A stretch of DNA of 27,465 bases, from contig JBBTZY010000165.1 in assembly GCA_038061115.1 (NCBI GenBank), forward strand, positions 1 to 27,465, in the 5' to 3' direction. A model generated the notes under the pieces. The model made no database searches. It was given only the letters and a program-made list of their open reading frames with translations, and was not told the DNA's origin. The DNA comes from Patescibacteria group bacterium. Its GTDB lineage: Bacteria > Patescibacteriota > Patescibacteriia > Veblenbacterales > UBA10138. This document shows, piece after piece, positions 17,866-24,550 of the stretch. Every line of letters begins with the position of its first letter. Position 1 is the first letter of the stretch. The position numbers were made by a program, and so were the translations under genes.

Positions 17866-18577
17866 ACTTCCAATTATACAAATACTCCACCATACTCACG
17901 CTACTTCTACCCGAACCACCTAAAAGTCCGCTACGAGGCCAGGAAACGCGCGCTTCGGCTCGGATGCCGATTTTTGCATCAGTTCCATTACATTCTACCT
18001 TGGCCACATTTACATAAGAATCACCATCATCTTCTTGACACACGGGATCAAGGGCTAAAATGCGACGAAAATTACTATCTGTATAAGTATTATCAAAAAC
18101 CGAACCACTTTGTTGCCATAAATAACCATTCGCTTGACTACTGCGATACAAATGAATCTTAGTTTCGTCTAAAGAAGTTATTTCGCTTTCCTCACGTGAA
18201 TTATTATCAAAACTTACAAATTCAATACTAAACATTGCTGGATCAGGATCAACTGGTGGCTCAAAAACAACTACCGCCGCCTGATCATCATCATTTGGCA
18301 CCAAGCCAGTGTCCCACTGTGTGTCTGCTGGCGCGCTATTGCCAACTTTCAGCCAATTACTATCGCGAATATTACGCGCTACTTCAATAGCCTCACGCGC
18401 TAAATTCTGCCCGATTAATTGTTGATTACTCACGGTAGTGGCTTGGGTACTTTGCAAAGTCATCGCCATAAGGGCACCAAGCCCAACCATAATAATGCCG
18501 ATGGCCAACGTTGCTTCCAAAAGGCCTTGACCGGAAGGATATTTTTTATAGTGATTAGTAGTTGAAAAATTAAACAT
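17864..18577 (-). CDS. PilV/GspI-like minor pilin
   Basis: G|QGLLEATLAIGII with Glu5; NLAREAIEVARNIRDSNWL; 2 Cys. Confidence 0.85.
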   Translation of the reverse strand: MFNFSTTNHYKKYPSGQGLLEATLAIGIIMVGLGALMAMTLQSTQATTVSNQQLIGQNLAREAIEVARNIRDSNWLKVGNSAPADTQWDTGLVPNDDDQAAVVVFEPPVDPDPAMFSIEFVSFDNNSREESEITSLDETKIHLYRSSQANGYLWQQSGSVFDNTYTDSNFRRILALDPVCQEDDGDSYVNVAKVECNGTDAKIGIRAEARVSWPRSGLLGGSGRSSVSMVEYLYNWK

Positions 18578-18598
18578 ATTAGAGTGTAACTATAGATT

Positions 18599-18717
18599 GT
18601 TTCGAATTACGAATAACGAATTACGAATCAAGATAAGTACAATAAATCCCCCTCGCCCCCTTTTTTAAAGGGGGAATAACATTCGTGATTCTTAATTCTT
18701 GATTCTTTATTCGGGAC
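18599..18717. repeat. GATAAGT-core element (86 nt) with a 33-nt nested CCCCCTTTTTTAAAGGGGG REP
   Basis: About 91% identical to the reverse complement of 26515-26634. Confidence 0.88.
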
Positions 18718-18780
18718 AAATTTTATTTGCTAAACAATAATAACTAACTTTTATTTTTTAGTTAGATCTAAAACATAGTA

Positions 18781-19371
18781 CTACTCAATAAACACCTGCC
18801 CACTTAGTAAATTGATTTTTACTGTTTTTGTTTTTAATGTTTTTCTATGTTTTAAAGTAACGGTAACAGAATTAGCGCCATTTACCGTCCCTCCGTCGAA
18901 CCCGTCAATTTTAGACACCTCACTACCAGAAGTAAAAATCAAATCTAAAATTCCAGCACTTACGTTATTATCTTTCTTTTTTTCAAAAATAATGACATTA
19001 GAACCTAAATCAATATTTTGTACAACTACATCTGTGGTACTGAGATTATATTTATAATTATTATCAGCTGGTGGCGCATCATTATAATTACAATCCCCAA
19101 ACCACAGTGCAATGCTATTATCAGCCGAAATATTCAACCCAAACCCACCCAATGGAGCTGATTTTGGAACAGTGTTGCAAACCTCCTGCCCGCCGATCGC
19201 CGCGGCTTGAGCTTCACGCACTGCATTCTCCACTGCTTTAGCGCCGGCTTGCAATTCATCTGAATATTGTCCAGCGCGGAAATTCACCATCACCATTCCG
19301 CCAATCATCATAAAAATGCCAATGGATATTGTTAGCTCGAGGAGAGTAAAGCCGTGGCTATTTTTATACAT
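18781..19371 (-). CDS. FimT/GspH-like minor pilin
   Basis: MYKNSHG|FTLLELTISIG; C-terminal KINLLSGQV; the ORF-track extension to 19449 merely translates a repeat arm; 2 Cys. Confidence 0.85.
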   Translation of the reverse strand: MYKNSHGFTLLELTISIGIFMMIGGMVMVNFRAGQYSDELQAGAKAVENAVREAQAAAIGGQEVCNTVPKSAPLGGFGLNISADNSIALWFGDCNYNDAPPADNNYKYNLSTTDVVVQNIDLGSNVIIFEKKKDNNVSAGILDLIFTSGSEVSKIDGFDGGTVNGANSVTVTLKHRKTLKTKTVKINLLSGQVFIE

Positions 19372-19400
19372 AAAACTTAATTTTATAGAATGGATAATTT

Positions 19401-19479
19401 GTCTCGAAGCTAGAATATAGAAGTTAGAAGCTAGATAAGTACAGTCCAAATTCTAAATTCGAAATTCTAGCTTCTAAAC
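19401..19479. repeat. 79-nt (86 minus 7) GATAAGT-core element
   Basis: GTCTCGAA...AGATAAGTACAG...TTCTAAAC. Confidence 0.85.
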
Positions 19480-19493
19480 ACTTAGTAATCTAC

Positions 19494-19539
19494 GAGATTG
19501 CTTCGTCCCGCGCCTCTTCGGCGGGTCCTCGCAATGACA
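19494..19539. repeat. GAGATTGC...CTCGCAATGAC REP with an internal CCCGC/GCGGG stem
   Basis: Same termini as the copies at 15986 and 17090. Confidence 0.85.
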
Positions 19540-19579
19540 ATCACTGGTTGCTTAATTCTAGATTCTAACCACATTCATT

Positions 19580-20419
19580 TTACCATAAAATCCCCATATA
19601 CCATTGCCAAATTTTGTTACCCCATATCAGCCCAATTAACGCGGCTACTGTAAGAAACGCTCCCATTGGCAGTTTGGCGCCACGTTTTACTTTGCCCAAT
19701 AATAATAAAATAATGGAGATAATGGCACCGCCGATGTAAGCCATAAAAAAAGTGGTTAAAAGTAACTGCCAAGTGCCCAGCATTAAACCAATTAAAGCAC
19801 CGAGTCGAATATCACCATCGCCCACCCATTTACCTTTTGATACAAAGTATTGCGCGCCAAACCAAGCCGCACCAGCTAATCCTGCAATAAGTAAATTAGT
19901 AATGGAAACGCTGAGGAATAATTGTAAAATTATAACGATGACGATGGCAGGAATGGTAATTTGATCAGGCAAAATGTACCAACGAAAGTCGAACACAAAA
20001 AGAACGAGTAAAATGGTTACGAATACACCAAAAGTAGTAAAGACGAGCCAATCGTTAGGTGTCATTGCGAGGAGGACGCTCGAAGCGGACGACGTGACAA
20101 TCCCGTTACTAAATGTTGAGATTGCCGCGCTACGCCTGATGGCTTCGCTCGCAATGACAAACGCCACCACCCACAAAACACCGCTCGTAAGTTCCACTAG
20201 TGGATATTGCCAAGAGATTGGTTGTTTGCACGAAGCGCATTTCGCGCGTAAAAAAATAAAAGAAAGTAGCGGAATATTTTCAAACCATTTAAGTTGCCTT
20301 AAACACTTTGGACATTGCGAACGGCCAAGAATTGACTTGTCGTCTTTTAGGCGGAAGATAAGGACGTTGAGGAAACTACCTAAGCAAAGGCCGAAAGTGA
20401 AGATTAATAGAATAGTCAT
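19580..20419 (-). CDS. pilD: Prepilin peptidase/N-methyltransferase (A24) carrying a 33-aa in-frame REP insertion
   Basis: GSFLNVLIFR, Zn motifs CPKC and CASC, YPLVEL, catalytic Asp contexts FDFR and GDGD. Confidence 0.95.
   Translation of the reverse strand: MTILLIFTFGLCLGSFLNVLIFRLKDDKSILGRSQCPKCLRQLKWFENIPLLSFIFLRAKCASCKQPISWQYPLVELTSGVLWVVAFVIASEAIRRSAAISTFSNGIVTSSASSVLLAMTPNDWLVFTTFGVFVTILLVLFVFDFRWYILPDQITIPAIVIVIILQLFLSVSITNLLIAGLAGAAWFGAQYFVSKGKWVGDGDIRLGALIGLMLGTWQLLLTTFFMAYIGGAIISIILLLLGKVKRGAKLPMGAFLTVAALIGLIWGNKIWQWYMGILW
20060..20159. repeat. REP doublet inside pilD
   Basis: 12-bp perfect terminal inverted repeat TGTCATTGCGAG (20060-20071) / CTCGCAATGACA (20148-20159). Confidence 0.92.
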
Positions 20420-20454
20420 GAATACTAAGTAAATTTAACAATTAAATAAAATGC

Positions 20455-20547
20455 GTTTCGAATCTAGAGGCTAGAATATAGAATCTCGAATTTAGATAAG
20501 TGCAGTCCGAATTCTAGATTCTAACTTCTATATTCTAAATTCTAAAC
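20455..20547. repeat. 93-nt (86 plus 7) GATAAGT-core element
   Basis: GTTTCGAA...AGATAAGTGCAG...TTCTAAAC. Confidence 0.88.
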
Positions 20548-20621
20548 ATAATGTTTTAGCGACCAACACAATTCAGTATAACAACTTTTATATAATCTAG
20601 CACAATGTTACCGCCTATTCC

Positions 20622-20662
20622 ACAAAAACAAAAACCCTCCCCCGTGTGGACGGAAGAGGGTT
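20622..20662 (-). terminator. Strong terminator after the major pilin
   Basis: 13-bp stem (2 G.U) AACCCTCTTCCGT-CCAC-ACGGGGGAGGGTT followed by TTTGTTTTTG. Confidence 0.88.
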
Positions 20663-20676
20663 GAATGTTTTAAAAA

Positions 20677-21171
20677 TTAATTTGGAATACTACAAGCTCC
20701 CGTATCAATCACACCGCCTGGTTTTGCACAATAAATAGATCCCTTAATTAAACTATTACCAGTTGTTTCTGGTACAAATTCAATACCATAAGCTGAACCA
20801 GTTGCATTACTAGTATATTTATAATCAGTTCCAGAGCTTGCACTTGGGTCAGCAGGAACTTTAGCCATATATACTGGATCAATACAAGCACTAGCTAAAA
20901 AACCATTAGTCGGCGTTCCTCCTAAACATTTATAATTACCTTCTCCTAACACTTGGGCAGCTAAAAGCGCAGCAGAAAATGGATAATAAGTTTTATCAGT
21001 ATAATACAATTCCAAAGCTGTTTGAACTGATTTAATATCACTCAAACGTACTGCATCTCTTCCTTTTTCTCTTGCCCCTTGAAACGACACCACCGCTAGG
21101 GTGGACAAGACGCCGATGATGGCGATAACCACCAAGAGTTCTATCAACGTAAAACCTTTACGAATGTTCAT
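20677..21171 (-). CDS. Probable major type IV pilin (GspG-like CPR pilin)
   Basis: KG|FTLIELLVVIAIIGVL, RDAVRLSDIKSVQTALELYY, 4 Cys; has its own promoter, SD and terminator. Confidence 0.9.
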   Translation of the reverse strand: MNIRKGFTLIELLVVIAIIGVLSTLAVVSFQGAREKGRDAVRLSDIKSVQTALELYYTDKTYYPFSAALLAAQVLGEGNYKCLGGTPTNGFLASACIDPVYMAKVPADPSASSGTDYKYTSNATGSAYGIEFVPETTGNSLIKGSIYCAKPGGVIDTGACSIPN

Positions 21172-21221
21172 TGTCTCACCCCCTTTCCTTTAATAGTTAC
21201 TTAGCTAAACTTATTATAGCA
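21172..21221 (-). promoter_or_regulatory. Extended -10 promoter and Shine-Dalgarno site of the pilin
   Basis: TGCTATAAT at 21221-21213; AAGGAAAGGGGGTGAGACA immediately before ATG 21171. Confidence 0.75.
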
Positions 21222-21254
21222 CAAATCAAGAATTAAAAGCCAACTGTAAATAAA

Positions 21255-21825
21255 ATCTCAAAAATTCTAAATCCTAATACCTAAATACTAAACAAATCCC
21301 CGCCTACCTAAAGCCACAAAATATTGCCCTTATTCTAAGTAGCTTATACCACGCCATAAATTATTTAATGTAAACTATTTGAGGCCTTAGGCGGGCAGGC
21401 AAAATTCTAAAATTTTAAACATTTGGCTTAGATTTTTCTATAATTGCTCCAAAAATCTTCATTAATTCAGTAACTTCCTGTATAAGTTTATCTTTGCTAG
21501 TATTCATTTCTGGTAATACTTCAGCTAATTGTAGCCAAAAACGAGTTTCTTTGGCTTCCTTACGGGAAATTTTAATACGCATTAAAAAATCTTTTCTACT
21601 CAACGCTTCGTTTGCTTCTAAATAATTTGCGCCAATTGAACTAGCTGAACGCACTAACTGTTTTCCATATTCTTTATTAGGAACCGTGAGTGGTAATTTA
21701 TTAACATAAATAGCAACTTCTTTTGCAAAATACAGCGTTCTATTTTCTAAATCATACTGTTTTGAATTTTGAATTTCGGTCATTTGATATTGTTTAGAAT
21801 TTAGGGTTTAGTGCTTAGGATTTTA
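21255..21825. mobile_element. Putative four-helix-bundle cassette bounded by heptamer inverted arms
   Basis: Arms 21255-21297 / 21401-21424 and 21784-21825 flank and overlap the gene; gene-less look-alikes occur elsewhere in the window. No transposase is present, so mobility is inferred. Confidence 0.5.
21415..21783 (-). CDS. Four helix bundle protein (23S rRNA IVP-like family)
   Basis: YDLENRTLYFA...QLVRSASSIGANYLEA...DFLMRIKISRKEAKETRFWL...ELMKIFGAI signature; 122 aa. Confidence 0.93.
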   Translation of the reverse strand: MTEIQNSKQYDLENRTLYFAKEVAIYVNKLPLTVPNKEYGKQLVRSASSIGANYLEANEALSRKDFLMRIKISRKEAKETRFWLQLAEVLPEMNTSKDKLIQEVTELMKIFGAIIEKSKPNV

Positions 21826-21827
21826 AT

Positions 21828-23036
21828 TTATGCTCCTGACGACAACCGATACATCGGAAGCAGTATCGCCGACACCATAAACCCTACCGATACGCCCATT
21901 ACCAACATTACCATTGGTTCAAGCAAAGTTACTAAATTAGCTACTAGGTTATTGGCTTCGCGAGTATAAAAATCGGATAAACGTTTAAATACTTCCTCGA
22001 GTCGCCCAGTTTTTTCACCCACAATCATCATTTGCGACACCATTGAAGGAATTACCTTGCTTTGCGAAAACACCGTGGCAATGGAATTTCCATCTTCTAC
22101 TTCTTTAATAGTTTGGTCAATAATATCTTTGAATACCGCATTGCCGACCACATCGGAAACAATCGCTAAACTGCGAGTTAAAGGCACACCACCAACAATT
22201 AGCGTGTACATTGAGCGAGTAAAGCGCACTAAATAAATATTTTGGTAAATTGTGCCAACCACTGGAATTTTAAGCTGAATTAAATGCCACAAATGTTTGC
22301 CCTGCGGAGTTTTTACACCAAAACGAAAACCAATACCACCACCCACTAGCATCATACCAAATAACCACCAAAAATTTCTTAAAAAATTACTAAAACCAAT
22401 GAGAATTCGGGTGGAAAGTGGCAAAGCCACACCTGATTCCACTAAAATAGAAGTGAGTTTCGGCACCACAAAAATCATCATCACTGCGCCAACCAAAAGT
22501 AAGCCACCCAAAATAAAGGCCGGATAAATCATCGCCCCGCGAATTTTACTTATCATATCGTAATTTTTTTCTTGCTCATCAGCCAAATAATTCAGCACTT
22601 CATCGAGCTTACCTGAGGTTTCACCACTCGCCACCATATTGATGTAAAAGTCAGAAAATACCTCGGGGTATTTAGCCAGCGTGGAGGAAAATTTGGCACC
22701 ACCTTCTACTTCATCGGCAATTTCGGAAATTATTACTTTTAATTTCGGATTGGTAGTTTGTTTTTCTAAAATTCTAAGCGCCTGCACAATTGGCACGGTG
22801 GCGGAAGCCATCACTGAAAGCTGACGCGACAGTACTACAATATCTTTAATTTTGATGCGGGAAAGCTGATTGCCAAATAAAAATTGAAAACGATTTACCT
22901 TTCTTTCTTCTACTGTAATAGGAGTAAGGCCTTTGTCGGTTAAAATTTCTACCGCCGCCTCATGCGACGCCGCATCGATCATACCCTTTAGGGCACGACC
23001 TTCTAAATCTTTAGCTTCGTAGGAGAACAAGGACAT
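21828..23036 (-). CDS. pilC: Type IV pilus platform protein (T2SS F family)
   Basis: SRQLSVM...PIV.AL, GETSGKLDEVL, KIRGAMIYP, GEKTGRLEE, LLEPMVM; two F-family repeats. Confidence 0.95.
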   Translation of the reverse strand: MSLFSYEAKDLEGRALKGMIDAASHEAAVEILTDKGLTPITVEERKVNRFQFLFGNQLSRIKIKDIVVLSRQLSVMASATVPIVQALRILEKQTTNPKLKVIISEIADEVEGGAKFSSTLAKYPEVFSDFYINMVASGETSGKLDEVLNYLADEQEKNYDMISKIRGAMIYPAFILGGLLLVGAVMMIFVVPKLTSILVESGVALPLSTRILIGFSNFLRNFWWLFGMMLVGGGIGFRFGVKTPQGKHLWHLIQLKIPVVGTIYQNIYLVRFTRSMYTLIVGGVPLTRSLAIVSDVVGNAVFKDIIDQTIKEVEDGNSIATVFSQSKVIPSMVSQMMIVGEKTGRLEEVFKRLSDFYTREANNLVANLVTLLEPMVMLVMGVSVGFMVSAILLPMYRLSSGA

Positions 23037-23042
23037 AAAATT

Positions 23043-23262
23043 AAATCCGAAATCCGAAATCCGAAATCCTAAAAAAATCCAAAATCACAAATTTTAAAAA
23101 AATAATTTTAGTCATTAGGATTTGGAGTTTAGGATTTATTTGGGAATTAGTCATTAGGATTTAAGATTTTCTGTTTCTAGATTCCCGCCTCCGCGGGAAT
23201 GACAACTACTATAACTCTTACTCTATGCTCTTATTTATCCGCCGATGAGGCGTGACTCTTAC
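23043..23262. repeat. Composite element: AAATCCG heptamer hairpin, ATTCCC-N8-GGGAAT REP (23178-23203) and ACTCTT-type 7-mers
   Basis: Same module order as 8298-8475 and 13291-13425. Confidence 0.85.
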
Positions 23263-24335
23263 TTAACCCGCAACATCGACCCAATCACTTCTTTATTCAC
23301 GGCGTGGGCCACCGCATCTTCTTGTGTAATTTCGCCAGTTTTTACCAAATCTGATAATCTTTTTTCTAAAGATACCATACCATCTTCACGCGATAACTCC
23401 AACACATTTTGTAATTGTAAAATTTTACCATCATGAATTAATGATTTAACCGGCGTATTGCCTAAGAGGCATTCCACTACCATTACCTTGCCACCACCAA
23501 CTCTGGGCACTAGGCGCTGAGAAGTAGCGATGAGTAGTGTTTCACTTAATAATTGTTTTAAACTATCAGCTTCAGCACCAGGCCAACTTAAAATTAAAGA
23601 TTCCAGTGCTCGCACTGAAGTATCGGCTTCCATTGCCACAAAAACTAAAGTACCACTGCGCGCACGAGTAAAAATTTCCCGCCACGCCGCCATATTTAAG
23701 GGCACATCAATCGCTAGTACATCTACATCTTCATCTTTAAGGCCACCCAAAGCTTCCTCTACGCTTGGAATATCGTCGCCAACATCTTTTTGTTTGATAA
23801 ATGATTTATCATTGGTCAGTAAATATTCCACCGGATCTTCAATCGTTACAATATGCTTAGCCGCGGTATGATTAATGTTATCAAGTAGAGCCGCGAGCGT
23901 AGCGCTACGCCCCGACCCTTGCAACCCACTCAAAAGAATTAAGCCCTCTTTTTCTTTTATAGAATTAAGTAAAATTTTAGGCAAACCCATAGTTGTAACA
24001 TCGGGTGCTTGCCATGGCACATAATGTAAATCTAAAGCTGGATAACCTTTTTGGTAGCTTCCGTGCACGCGAAAACGAGCGCGTGTGCCAAAATTATAAG
24101 TTAAGGTTAAAGTTTGAGCACTCTTGAAATGCTCACGTTTATTTTCAGGAATAAAAAATTCTACCAACTCTTTCATAAATTCTTCGGTAATGGGTGGTTC
24201 GTTGGTTAAGGTTTCTAGTTTTCCGTCGCGCCGTACTGCTGGATTCGCCCCCACAGCAAAATGAAGGTCGGATACCTGCCTTTCTGCGGCTTCAGTGAGT
24301 AAGCGGTTGATGGTGAGAGAATCGGTTGTGGACAT
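23259..24335 (-). CDS. pilT: PilT/PilU-like ATPase with degenerate catalytic motifs
   Basis: SDLHF..G..P..R.DG.L, RFRV, TIEDPVEY and SQRLVP give the PilT fold; Walker A reads GLQGSGRS, and the Walker B Glu and His box are absent. Confidence 0.8.
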   Translation of the reverse strand: MSTTDSLTINRLLTEAAERQVSDLHFAVGANPAVRRDGKLETLTNEPPITEEFMKELVEFFIPENKREHFKSAQTLTLTYNFGTRARFRVHGSYQKGYPALDLHYVPWQAPDVTTMGLPKILLNSIKEKEGLILLSGLQGSGRSATLAALLDNINHTAAKHIVTIEDPVEYLLTNDKSFIKQKDVGDDIPSVEEALGGLKDEDVDVLAIDVPLNMAAWREIFTRARSGTLVFVAMEADTSVRALESLILSWPGAEADSLKQLLSETLLIATSQRLVPRVGGGKVMVVECLLGNTPVKSLIHDGKILQLQNVLELSREDGMVSLEKRLSDLVKTGEITQEDAVAHAVNKEVIGSMLRVK

Positions 24336-24394
24336 GGTAAGTTTCCTAGGACTATAAATAATTAATAAGTGGTTGTGGAATTTATATAAATTTT

Positions 24395-24480
24395 GTTTCG
24401 AATCACGAATAAAGAATTACGAATCAAGATAAGTGCAGGCCGTATTCGTAATTCGTAATTCCTGATTCTTAATTCGAGAC
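24395..24480. repeat. 86-nt GATAAGT-core element
   Basis: GTTTCGAA...AGATAAGTGCAG...TTCGAGAC. Confidence 0.88.
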
Positions 24481-24550
24481 ACTAATTATCGTTCGATGAA
24501 TCTTAACGCTTATTTATTTTTTAACACTATAACAATCGGGCGTGCATAAC

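Noticed and set aside
19372-19449. N-terminal extension MDCTYLASNF... of the FimT-like pilin; likewise the extended starts at 3897, 13290 and 27216
   Set aside because: These are translations of repeat arms or overlaps with the neighbouring gene; downstream ATGs give proper signal motifs or translational coupling.
21415-21783. Four-helix-bundle protein as the Avd of a diversity-generating retroelement
   Set aside because: No reverse transcriptase and no TR/VR pair with adenine-specific mismatches was seen in the window.
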